Assembly (NCBI GenBank): GCA_965227095.1 | Contig: CBDDFL010000001.1 | Span: 85,539-149,538 of the forward strand | Direction: 5' to 3' | Length of the DNA: 64,000 nt | Source of the DNA: Alphaproteobacteria bacterium | GTDB taxonomy: Bacteria > Pseudomonadota > Alphaproteobacteria > JANQMY01 | Shown: piece by piece, positions 9,314 to 18,530 of the stretch | How the letters are laid out: every line of letters begins with the position of its first letter | Numbering within the stretch: position 1 is the stretch's first letter | Notes under the pieces: model-generated | Seen by the model: only the letters and a program-made list of their open reading frames with translations | What the model was told of the DNA's origin: nothing | Databases searched by the model: none | Position numbers and translations under genes: made by a program

Positions 9314-10181
9314 GCCGGAAGTTTTCGGTCAAGTGATCCAGAAACACACGCACCTTCAACGGTAAAAACGCCCGGTGGGCGTAGAGTGCCCGAATGGTGA
9401 GGGTCCGCTGGGCCCCACCAAACGGCAGTTGGACCAAGCGCTTGGCGCGCACATCCGTCGCCACAAAGAAATCAGGCAAAAAGGCAATCCCGGCACCCTC
9501 AAGGGCCAGGCGCCTCAACCCATCACCACTTGAGCACCGCACGGCCCACGCCGGGACGAACCCTCGGCCGGACATTTCCCAGTCCGTTATGCGCGTGCCT
9601 TGCGCGAAGACCAAGCAGCGATGCTGCGTCAGGTCCCGCTTTGAGGCGGGTGTGCCGTACTTCTTCACGTAAGCAGGGCTCGCGAAATAGCCATGCCGCG
9701 TCTCATCTATGGCGCGGCCAATCAGATTGCTTTCCATATCGCCGCCGACCCGGATGGCCACATCAATGCCCTCTTCCACCAGATCCACAAATCGGTCCGT
9801 GAGGTCCAGTTCAAGGCGCAATTGAGGAAAAGCGTCCAAGAAATCAGGCAACAACGGCGCAATCGCGAATTGGCCATAGGAGACCGGCGCGCTTATCCGC
9901 AACACCCCGTGCGGTTTTGCCGATTGTTCGGCAAGCGCGTCTTCAGTGGTGGCGATCTGTTCGAGCACGCTGCGCGCATGGTCTAGATACAGACGCCCTG
10001 CTTCCGTCAAACTGTTTCGCCGCGTGGTACGATTGAGAAGACGCGTCCCAAGATGGTCTTCCAGTGACGCAATCTGTTTGCTCACAACCGGCTTTGACAG
10101 GTTCAGCTTGCGGCCTGCGGCGGCGAAGCCACCTTCCTCTTCGACCGCCACAAACGTCTTCATGGCGCGCAAAACATCCAT
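9300..10181 (-). CDS. LysR-family transcriptional regulator
   Basis: MDVLRAMKTFVAVEEEGGFAAAGRKLNLSKPVVSKQI... wHTH plus LysR substrate-binding domain. Start chosen at the MD... codon (10181); the ORF extends to 10211. Confidence 0.85.
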   Translation of the reverse strand: MDVLRAMKTFVAVEEEGGFAAAGRKLNLSKPVVSKQIASLEDHLGTRLLNRTTRRNSLTEAGRLYLDHARSVLEQIATTEDALAEQSAKPHGVLRISAPVSYGQFAIAPLLPDFLDAFPQLRLELDLTDRFVDLVEEGIDVAIRVGGDMESNLIGRAIDETRHGYFASPAYVKKYGTPASKRDLTQHRCLVFAQGTRITDWEMSGRGFVPAWAVRCSSGDGLRRLALEGAGIAFLPDFFVATDVRAKRLVQLPFGGAQRTLTIRALYAHRAFLPLKVRVFLDHLTENFRLRAA

Positions 10182-10477
10182 CAGTTTGTTTCCCTTTGAC
10201 AAACAAAACACAGCAAATACTTCCCATTGTTACTCCATCCGCGAATCCATTGCCATTTGGGGGCGTTTCCGCGTTAAGATATAGCGTCACAGCAGCGATT
10301 CTTTGCAAAACACTCGGTTTCGCGAGATCCGCAGTGACTTGACGGGCGATAAGAAAAACAAAAATGCCCGTGGGGGACAGTGATGGACATTCGAATTGAT
10401 TTCACACTAGTGGAACGTATCGCCGAAGGACCTGCTTCGGTCATTTGGTGTACGCGCATCTCTAACAGAAAGACATT

Positions 10478-11260
10478 ATGACCGATCTCTTATTGACTGA
10501 CATTCAAGACGGCATCGCCACACTGACCATCAACCGGCCGGAAAAGAAAAACGCCATGACCTATGCGATGCTCATGGAGTTTACGGAACTTGTCGGCACA
10601 CTCGGGCAAAATCCGGATGTCCGTGTTCTGATTATTACCGGCACGCAAGGGGCATTTTGTGCCGGAACCGACCTTGCGGATCTCGCGACCGTTCCCGGCA
10701 AAGAACGCGGGCTCCGAGGAAGCGCTGAAGAAAAACACCGGTGGTGGCCCATTGTGGAATGCCCCGTTCCGGTCATCGCGGCCATTGATGGTCCCGCCGT
10801 TGGCATGGGGGCCGAATTTTCCAGCCAATGCGACATTCGATTGGCGTCTTCCAATGCCCGTTTTGCTTGGAACTTCGCACAGCGAGGATTGGTGCCTGAT
10901 ACCGGCGCCGGATCTTGGCTACTGCCTCGCTTGATCGGGCATTCAAATGCCTTGCGTCTGCTGTACACGGCCGACTTCATCTCCGCCGAAGAAGCGCTTG
11001 ATCTTGGTTACCTTCACCAAGTTCTTCCGTCCGAAGACCTCTTGCCGGCGGCCAACGCGCTGGCCCAGAAAATGTTGCAAAGCTCGCCCTTTTCGTTACG
11101 CCGCATCAAATCCCTCGTCTACGAAGGCATGGGCAGTCACGTGGACGATCATATGCAGCGCCATACGCAAGCCATGTCGGAATGTTTCAAAAGTGATGAT
11201 CACGCTGAAGGCGTCGCCTCCTTCTTGGAACGCCGCCCCGCCAAATTCTCCGGCACCTAG
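10478..11260 (+). CDS. enoyl-CoA hydratase/isomerase (crotonase family)
   Basis: ITINRPEKKNAM..., GAFCAGTDL, VIAAIDGPAVGMG motifs; divergent from LysR. Confidence 0.85.
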   Translation: MTDLLLTDIQDGIATLTINRPEKKNAMTYAMLMEFTELVGTLGQNPDVRVLIITGTQGAFCAGTDLADLATVPGKERGLRGSAEEKHRWWPIVECPVPVIAAIDGPAVGMGAEFSSQCDIRLASSNARFAWNFAQRGLVPDTGAGSWLLPRLIGHSNALRLLYTADFISAEEALDLGYLHQVLPSEDLLPAANALAQKMLQSSPFSLRRIKSLVYEGMGSHVDDHMQRHTQAMSECFKSDDHAEGVASFLERRPAKFSGT

Positions 11261-11296
11261 ATCGATTTTGCCTTCTGCCGCTCAGGATACCAGACA

Positions 11297-13168
11297 ATGA
11301 CACGACATCTCCGCGAGACCTTTTTTCTATCAACGCTGTGCGCTGCTCTGGGTGCTTTGTCTGTTCTGACTGTGGCACCGGTGCAGGCAAACCATATCTT
11401 CCTCAGCACAACAATGTGTACCAAGGCGGACAATCGCGACCCACATACGTTAGAAACGGTTTACGCGCGGCCTGACCAAGCCGCCCCCTGCCGGGTGTAC
11501 CATACAAAACAAGGCCTACGCCGCCAGGTGGGCAGCGGCAACAACACCCCCCCTGGGGCCAAGAGTTGCGAATCTATCGAAAAGAACATTCTCAACAATC
11601 TCAAGGTCGGCGGTTATCAGTGCACGAATAATGTAAGCGCCGCCGGAGAAGGCCCTCATCACGATGTCTCGTCCTTGGTCGGGCGCACAGCAGCAGACCA
11701 TGGGCGCTATGCGGTCCTTATTGATGCCTTCAAAACGGAGGACGATGCGCAAATTTTCGCCGCCGGCATTAAGCGCATGCTGCCGCTTGTTCCTGTTCAT
11801 ATCCGCAAACTTACACAAAGTGGCCTGCCCTTTTCCGTTTATGCGGGCGCCGAGGCCTCAGAAGATGGGGCACGCGCTTTAGTCGAGAAAATAGGGGCGG
11901 CCGCATCCCCCGACGGACAGGTGCTCGATCTGTTCGCCCCCTTTGGCAGCAAAATTGCGGCGGACTGGCAACGATATGCCGTGGCTTCTTGTTTCCATCA
12001 GGGGCACGAAACACAGCGCGCCATGGCCCATTGCTCCGGTTTGGTCGTGGATGCAACACAGCTGACCTCGTGCCTAAATGGCGGATTGTGCAGGCCGCCA
12101 CAACTTGCCCCGATTTCGGGCACGCCCCTTAGCTCGGTGCCGGAACGAGCCCTGATCGAACAACCTTGGATCGGCGACCAAATTGCCGCCTGTGACGCAA
12201 ACGCCGAAGATGGAAACGTCACGGAATGCGGTATCAACCTGATGCTATCCGCGGATCAGCGCAAAATGCTCAGCTGCAGCCGCAGCTCGGAAACAGAAGC
12301 CGACGCGCTGGCCTGTATGGCGGGTCCGCGTCTTGGTCCGACCGAAAAGAAAATGCTCACCTGCCTACAGAACAATGACGGCACGGCGCCCATGTCCACG
12401 TGCCTCATGACCGATTATGCCGCCGCCGACAGCCGCGCGGTAACCACATGTTTCGACAACCGGACAACGGAAACCTTTGCCTCCTGTATCGCAACAAATG
12501 TCAGTGCCGTGACCGATCAGCGCGTTACCGAGTGCGCCCAAAAATCAGACAACGATCCTATCGCAACCGGTTTGTGTGCGGCGGAATTCTACCTCACGGC
12601 CCGTCAACGGCAGACTCTTGAGTGTTGGTCGCAAACGTCGTCGCTGACGGCTTTTGGTGTCTGTACATTGGGAAGCGATTTAGGCTTTTCGGCCTCTGAT
12701 CAGCTTGTCGCAACCTGTGCCGCCACATCGAAAGGCGACATTCACACCTTTGCGATGTGCGCCGGAGGCAGCCTGACCTTACGGGAAATGAAAGTATGTT
12801 CTGAAACCCCCGAAGATGTGCGCGCCGCCTGTTATCAAAGCGACAGCGCCATGACGGCGTTTTTGGACAGCACGCCGAAAGACCCGAATGCCGGTTTGAA
12901 GCCCACAAGCAAAATCATGGAGCAACGGGTGTCTGTGCTTGGGACCCCTGCCGTTCAAGAAAAAATCGAGCAGGTGGCTCAGGAAGAGCCATTGGTTGAC
13001 ACGGAAGCAACCGGCGCGCTACAGGCGGACCCCGCAATGGGGCCCGTGTTGGACGACAGTGCACCGCCTCCCCTGGTAGAGGTGCCCAACCCTCAGACCG
13101 AAATACCAAACGAGGTCACGCCGCCTCCAACAGTCGCAGAGGATGTTTTCCATCAACCATCCCCATAA
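11297..13168 (+). CDS. Secreted protein with SPOR-like domain followed by about 13 Cys-containing short repeats and a Pro-rich tail
   Basis: Signal peptide MTRHLRETFFLSTLCAALGALSVLTVAPVQA. Region YAVLIDAFKTEDDAQIFAAGIKRML...FSVYAGAEASEDGARAL resembles SPOR. Repeats of the form (M/V)(L/T)xC every about 12-14 aa (MLSCSRS, MLTCLQN, MSTCLMT, VTTCFDN, FASCIAT, VTECAQK, TLECWSQ, FGVCTLG, VATCAAT, FAMCAGG, MKVCSET). C-terminal PPPLVEVPNPQTEIPNEVTPPP. Confidence 0.7.
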   Translation: MTRHLRETFFLSTLCAALGALSVLTVAPVQANHIFLSTTMCTKADNRDPHTLETVYARPDQAAPCRVYHTKQGLRRQVGSGNNTPPGAKSCESIEKNILNNLKVGGYQCTNNVSAAGEGPHHDVSSLVGRTAADHGRYAVLIDAFKTEDDAQIFAAGIKRMLPLVPVHIRKLTQSGLPFSVYAGAEASEDGARALVEKIGAAASPDGQVLDLFAPFGSKIAADWQRYAVASCFHQGHETQRAMAHCSGLVVDATQLTSCLNGGLCRPPQLAPISGTPLSSVPERALIEQPWIGDQIAACDANAEDGNVTECGINLMLSADQRKMLSCSRSSETEADALACMAGPRLGPTEKKMLTCLQNNDGTAPMSTCLMTDYAAADSRAVTTCFDNRTTETFASCIATNVSAVTDQRVTECAQKSDNDPIATGLCAAEFYLTARQRQTLECWSQTSSLTAFGVCTLGSDLGFSASDQLVATCAATSKGDIHTFAMCAGGSLTLREMKVCSETPEDVRAACYQSDSAMTAFLDSTPKDPNAGLKPTSKIMEQRVSVLGTPAVQEKIEQVAQEEPLVDTEATGALQADPAMGPVLDDSAPPPLVEVPNPQTEIPNEVTPPPTVAEDVFHQPSP

Positions 13169-13367
13169 AGGGCGGATAGACGGAATACCCCACCAAGGCC
13201 TGAAGGTCCGGAGATAGGCCACGCACTGTTTCCTTGGACAACTCCAGCAAATAGTTTTCCTGTTGGCGCATATAGGCCTCGCAATATTGATGCGTCACAC
13301 CGAAACGCGGAGCCGTGGACATGTTTTCACCGCCGCCGTGCCATGTGGTGCCGAGAAAGAAGATCAC
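13116..13367 (-). pseudogene. Possible C-terminal remnant of a PhyH-family dioxygenase
   Basis: 83-aa ORF beginning FFLGTTWHGGGENMS (resembles the xFHxxTxHGSGxNxS region of phytanoyl-CoA dioxygenases); no upstream remainder present. Confidence 0.3.
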
Positions 13368-13455
13368 GGAACCGGCAGAAAGATGGCATGCCGGTAGCCC
13401 TCGACAGGCACATCTTTCGATTGAATAAAACGATTAGCCACACCATAATGTTGGC

Positions 13456-13869
13456 ATGAGCCGCCTTGTGGAAATCGCGACCTTCTATGACCCCGAAGAA
13501 GCCTATTGCGCCCAAGCGGCAGTGCGATCCGGGGGGTGCTATAGTATTCTGTATAATGAACACCATTTAGGTGTCGCGCCGGCCCTGCGCATCGGCCTAG
13601 AAGGGTTTCGATTGATTGTCCTGGAACAAGACGCCGCGGACGTGCGCAACGCCCTAAACGGGTACATGGATGACGCTGTCGCGGAAATTCAGAACGCACC
13701 ACTTCCGGAGACCGGCCGGACAAAACGAAAAAACTGGTTTTGGTTTCCGGTCGCCCTGGCAACCGCCGTTCCGTTTCTGCCATCCTACAGCTCACGAAAC
13801 GTTCTTATCGGCCAGATACTGGTGTCTCTGCCATTCTATTTCATCATACTGGCCAGCCTGGCCTCTTAA
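13456..13869 (+). CDS. hypothetical membrane protein (DUF2007-like N-terminal domain + C-terminal TM)
   Basis: N-terminal VEIATFYDPEEAYCAQAAV...GFRLIVLEQDA pattern and C-terminal hydrophobic helices. Confidence 0.5.
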   Translation: MSRLVEIATFYDPEEAYCAQAAVRSGGCYSILYNEHHLGVAPALRIGLEGFRLIVLEQDAADVRNALNGYMDDAVAEIQNAPLPETGRTKRKNWFWFPVALATAVPFLPSYSSRNVLIGQILVSLPFYFIILASLAS

Positions 13870-13940
13870 CGCCATCTGATATTGCAGTTCTTCTCTACTT
13901 CGCCTAAAGTGATGCCAAACAGAATGTTGGAGGCGAGACA

Positions 13941-15005
13941 ATGACGACCACACAGCTGCCCGGACGCTTGGGCAACCCAGATAGCACCTTTGAAACAGAC
14001 AGCCGCGCCGATCCGCGGATCGTGGCTGCGGTTGAATTGATGGGTGGATTTGGTAATGGCGTCGAACCCATTGGGCCGAATGCGTCTTACGAAGAGGCTT
14101 TGGCCTATTGCACCGCTTTCGAAGAAAGCGCCGATGCGGGCAATGAGGCCTTGCGGGCCGCGCTGCCGGACTGGCCCCACATCATCTCCCGCACGGAAAC
14201 CATTAAAGGTGTGGATGGCAATGACATAAAGCTTTTCATCCACCATCCGCGCGATCAGGACGGGCCTCTTCCCTGCATTTACCACACCCATGGCGGCGGC
14301 ATGGTGGTGATGAGCGCGGAAGATCCTGGCTTCATCCGCATACGAAATGATCTTGCGAGTCACGGCCATGTGGTTGTTGGCGTGGAGTTCCGCAACGGGG
14401 GCGGTCGTCTGGGCGCTCACCCCTTTCCCGCCGGCCTCAACGATTGCGCCAGCGGCCTGCAATGGGTGCATGAAAACGCTAAGGACCTAGGCGTCGGCAA
14501 GATCACGATCGCGGGCGAATCCGGCGGCGGCAATTTGGCAATCGCGACCACAATGAAAGCGAAGCAAGAAGGCTGGCTCGACATGATAAGCGGTGTCTAT
14601 GCCATGTGCCCCTTTATTTGCGGCGATTATGCCAGCCCGCCGGCAGAACTGACCTCGCTCACCGAAAACAATGGCTATATGCTGGACACAAAGCAAATGG
14701 CCGCTCTGGCCTACGTGTACGATCCGTCGGGGGACAACAAGAACAATCCAATGGCATGGCCGCTTTCCGCGGCTCCACAAGAGTTGGCGGGCTTGCCCCC
14801 TCATATCATTTCCGTCAATGAACTGGACCCTCTGCGTGATGAAGGTCTTGCCTTTTTCCGCAAATTGCTGGCAGCGGGTGTGCCCGCGATGGCGCGGACG
14901 GCGATGGGCACCCCCCATGCGGGCGATCAAATGTTCGCCGACGTGGTGCCTGACGCTTATAGAGATTTATTGGGATCTATTTCGGGGTTTTCTAAGCGCG
15001 TTTAG
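13941..15005 (+). CDS. alpha/beta-hydrolase fold-3 esterase/lipase (HSL family)
   Basis: HTHGGGMVV (HGGG oxyanion motif), GESGGGNLA (GxSxG), downstream DPLRDEG and His. Confidence 0.85.
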   Translation: MTTTQLPGRLGNPDSTFETDSRADPRIVAAVELMGGFGNGVEPIGPNASYEEALAYCTAFEESADAGNEALRAALPDWPHIISRTETIKGVDGNDIKLFIHHPRDQDGPLPCIYHTHGGGMVVMSAEDPGFIRIRNDLASHGHVVVGVEFRNGGGRLGAHPFPAGLNDCASGLQWVHENAKDLGVGKITIAGESGGGNLAIATTMKAKQEGWLDMISGVYAMCPFICGDYASPPAELTSLTENNGYMLDTKQMAALAYVYDPSGDNKNNPMAWPLSAAPQELAGLPPHIISVNELDPLRDEGLAFFRKLLAAGVPAMARTAMGTPHAGDQMFADVVPDAYRDLLGSISGFSKRV

Positions 15006-15208
15006 AAAAACTATTCTTAAGTCGCAAAAGCAATACTTGAAAATGCGCCATTTTTTACCAATTCACCTTCAATGAAACGGTTGGCGTTAACATAAAAAAC
15101 AGAATTATGCCCTTAGAAGCGCCCTTTACTCTATAAATACTTTACTTTGAGAAGCTGATCGGAAATAGAATACCCGTTATAACGCGTAAGAGTTCGATCG
15201 GTTCCCAA

Positions 15209-15460
15209 ATGACACGTAAACCGCTAGCTAAGGTCCTGGTGCTGGGAATTGATTCCGGCGAGCCGAGCATGGTCACCCGCTATGCTGCCGAAGGATTGCT
15301 GCCCAATATTCAACGCTTGCAGAACCGCTCCGTTTGGGGGCGCGTTGCAAATCCAAAAGGGTTCGAATCCAGCGCTGTTTGGCCCACCTTTCAAACGGCA
15401 AAACGGCCCGGCAATATGGGGCAGTATGAGGGCTTGCGGTATTTCGATCCGCAAACGTAC
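15209..15460 (+). pseudogene. Alkaline-phosphatase/nucleotide-pyrophosphatase-family paralog, 5' part (interrupted by IS)
   Basis: MTRKPLAKVLVLGIDSGEPSMV...YEGLRYFDPQT aligns with residues 1-84 of the intact paralog at 18531. The reading frame runs into the IS inverted repeat. Confidence 0.8.
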
Positions 15461-17137
15461 CAGACCGTGTGAAAACGGCGGCTTGGGATTCCTGTTGCGG
15501 CGTTTGTGGAGTATGCTGAGGCATGAGATACATGACCGGAACACCACGTTCGCAAGCGTTGCTTTTGCCGGAGCGCGTTGAAGACTACGTTGGCCCAAAC
15601 AATCCAGTGCGGTTTATCGATGCCTTTGTTGACGGGCTTGACCTCGCTGCAGCTGGGTTCGCGCGGGCGATGCCCAAGTCGACCGGCCGACCAGGTTACG
15701 ATCCGGCTGACCTGCTCAAACTCTACATCTACGGTTACTTAAACCGGGTGCGTTCAAGCCGCCGTCTGCAGGCCGAAGCGCACCGCAATCTTGAGGTGAT
15801 CTGGCTGATGCGGCATCTAAAGCCGGATTTCAAAACAATAGCCGATTTCCGGAAGGATAATCGATCAGCATTTCGGAACGTCTTCCGGCAGTTTGTTCGG
15901 CTGTGCCGAGACCTTGATCTTTTCGGGCGCGAGCTGCTGGCTGTGGACGGGACACGGATCAAGGCGGTGAACAACGGTGGCAAGAATTTCACCAAAGCTT
16001 CGCTCAAGCGCGATTTGGCTCTGATCGACAAGCGATTGGAACATTATCTCACCTCCCTCAACAATGCAGATGCAGAGGATGACGGTAACGCTGATATCGC
16101 GTCGAAGGAGGATATTTCCAAGAAAATCGAAGCTATGAAGGCGCGGCGCGAACGGCTGATCGGCCATCAAAAAGAACTGGAGGAGACCGGCGCGGACCAA
16201 CTGTCTCTGACCGACCCTGACGCCCGCGCCATGGATCGCAACACGCGCGTTGGCGTTGGCTATAACATCCAGATCGCCGTGGATGTGAAGCACAAGTTGA
16301 TCGCTGAGCAACAAGTTCATTCCAAGGTAAGCGACCTTGGGCTGCTCGCAACGACCGCGGTTGCGGCACGCGAGGCGCTGGATGTTGAGCGCATCAATGT
16401 GGTCGCGGACAAGGGGTATTTCGCGATCGAGGATATCGAGGCCAGCGAAGCAGGGAGCGCCTTTCCAATCGTCCCAAGGCCGCGGCGTGGGGCTGCCGCG
16501 AGTAGAAATTTGTTTGTCAAAGAGCGATTTCAATACGACGCGACGGCAGACCGCTACACCTGCCCCGGCGGTCAGACCCTCCCCCCGAATGGGAAAAAGC
16601 TTTACGTCCGAGATGGTGTTTTCGAGCAGAAATATCGCAACTACCGCGCCTGCAAGCAGTGCCAGCTCAAGCCGCGATGTACCGGAAGTGAGGCTCGAAC
16701 TGTTTCGCGATATGAAAACGAAGAGGTTTTAGAACGTATGGCTGAGCGCCTTGCCGCCCGCCCCGAAGCGCTCGATCAGCGCCGCGAGACCGTCGAGCAC
16801 CCCTTCGGATCCATCAAGCAATGGATGGGTCAAGGCGCGTTTTTGACACGCCGTCTGGATAACGTCCGTGGCGAGTTCAGCCTAACGGCGCTCGCCTACA
16901 ACATCCGCCGGGCGATCACATTGGTCGGAGTGCCGACCCTAATCCAAGCAGCACGGGTGTAGGCAACCAACCTGCGACTGTTTCGGCGCCAGAAAATGCG
17001 CGGCTGGCCCTGTCACGCCCTCAATAGCCTCTGCTGGCCGACGTTAGGCCACTCAAAGCCCATTTCCACACGATATATCCAAAGACCGATCGTTCTCCGT
17101 ATTCGCGGCCAGAAGGCCGCCGTTTTCACACGGTCTG
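15461..17137 (+). mobile_element. Intact IS1182-like (IS5-family) insertion sequence, 1677 bp
   Basis: 22-bp perfect terminal IRs CAGACCGTGTGAAAACGGCGGC (15461-15482 and rc 17116-17137), flanked by GTAC on both sides (4-bp TSD). Single transposase ORF. Confidence 0.85.
15523..16962 (+). CDS. IS1182-group (IS5-family) DDE transposase
   Basis: N-terminal ...PNNPVRFIDAFVDGLDL...GRPGYDPADLLKLYIYGYLNRVRSSRRLQ and C-terminal Cys cluster CPGGQTL...CKQCQLKPRC typical of IS1182-group transposases. Confidence 0.85.
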   Translation: MRYMTGTPRSQALLLPERVEDYVGPNNPVRFIDAFVDGLDLAAAGFARAMPKSTGRPGYDPADLLKLYIYGYLNRVRSSRRLQAEAHRNLEVIWLMRHLKPDFKTIADFRKDNRSAFRNVFRQFVRLCRDLDLFGRELLAVDGTRIKAVNNGGKNFTKASLKRDLALIDKRLEHYLTSLNNADAEDDGNADIASKEDISKKIEAMKARRERLIGHQKELEETGADQLSLTDPDARAMDRNTRVGVGYNIQIAVDVKHKLIAEQQVHSKVSDLGLLATTAVAAREALDVERINVVADKGYFAIEDIEASEAGSAFPIVPRPRRGAAASRNLFVKERFQYDATADRYTCPGGQTLPPNGKKLYVRDGVFEQKYRNYRACKQCQLKPRCTGSEARTVSRYENEEVLERMAERLAARPEALDQRRETVEHPFGSIKQWMGQGAFLTRRLDNVRGEFSLTALAYNIRRAITLVGVPTLIQAARV

Positions 17138-18461
17138 GTACGATTTCGACCACTTCACCGAAGATCAAGTGCCGGAAGACTATCTATGGCAGCGTTTGTC
17201 GCGTGCCGGTAAGCGTTGCTTCGTATTCGATGCGCCTTATGCGCTGCTTGACCGATCCATCAACGGTACGATGATTGTAGATTGGGGTCCTCATTTGCCC
17301 GCCAAAGGCTATGGCCAGGCTGATTTTCAAACGCAACCGCCCGAAGTGGCGGAAGAAGTGCTCGCGGTTGGCGGTCCCGACCCGTTCTGCGGTGAAATGT
17401 GTGATGACCTGTCTATCGCGTCAGCCGCGGACTATCGGGAGTTCGTCGATCAGCATATTGACCGCATACAGAGAAAAGCAAAGATCGCGAGTTACTTTCT
17501 GAAAAAGGGTGATTGGGATTACTTTCAGACTGTCTTCCCCGATATGCATTGTGTGGGACATCACGTGTGGCATATCAGCGATGAGAACCACCCTGACCAC
17601 GATCCGGACTTCGCGAAAAAGACCGGAGATTTGTACAAAGATGCGTTCATCGCCATTGACCAGGCCATCGGTGATATCATGGCCAATGTGGATGACCGGT
17701 CGCTCACCCTGCTCTATTTCAGTCATGGCATGCGCCAACAACGCACGGGCACGGGAGTGTTGGATCGGGCGCTGGCCTTGATTGACGGTCAGACCCTTGA
17801 TCTTGGCGGCGCGACCACTAAAACCCGCCTTAAGAAATTATGGCAAAAGACACCCGCTGAGTTTCGGTCTTTAGTGGCGCCCTTGAGACGCAAATTCCGC
17901 GGTGCTCTGGAAGTTTCCACCCTGCTTGAGAACCGGGACGACCGGCGTTTTTTCGAAGTGCATAACAATCGGCGCACGGGGGGTGTTCGCCTCAATCTGA
18001 TCGGCCGGGAAGCCAACGGAAAAGTAGCCCCGGAAGAATTCGACATGGTGCTGGATGAGATTATTGCGGAACTCTCCAAAATAACCAATGTGGAGTCCGG
18101 AACGCCGTTGGTGGAGGAATTTATCAAAACCCGCGACGTGCATGACGGCCATTGCATTGATCGGTTGCCGGACCTGCTGGTGCGCTGGAATCAGCACCAT
18201 CCGATCCGCGCGGTGACGTCGCCCACAATTGGCAGGATTGATCAGAACTTCGAAAACACGCGTAGCGGGGATCATTCCTCTTACGGACTATTCGCGGCGC
18301 AAGGCGGCGGCATTGAACGCACGCCCCTCAACCATGATGTGAATGCGGAAGACTTCGGCCTTACATTGATGGAAATATTGGGCGTGTCGCCTGAAGACAC
18401 TGATGGCGATGCCATCGAACAATTGCTGGTATTCGACCAGAAACTCGAATTGGCCAGTTGA
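17138..18461 (+). pseudogene. Alkaline-phosphatase-family paralog, 3' part (resumes after IS)
   Basis: In-frame YDFDHFTEDQVPEDYLWQRLSRAGKRCFVFDAPY... aligns with the intact paralog from residue 85 onward; GDHSSYGLFAAQG near the C-terminus. Confidence 0.8.
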
Positions 18462-18530
18462 TAAAATCTGCCCCCCGTTAAACCAACTCCGAATAGAAAA
18501 CCTATTCGGTAACAGAGTGTTGGGGACTGA

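Noticed and set aside
9943-10459. Small ORFs in the LysR/enoyl-CoA hydratase divergent intergenic region
   Set aside because: They overlap the LysR 5' end and promoter; there is no ribosome-binding site or conservation cue.
15350-15375. tRNA-like GGTTCGAATCC motifs (also at 18665-18685)
   Set aside because: Both lie inside the coding sequence of the alkaline-phosphatase paralogs (...PKGFESSAV / ...PRGFESGTV) and lack cloverleaf partner arms.
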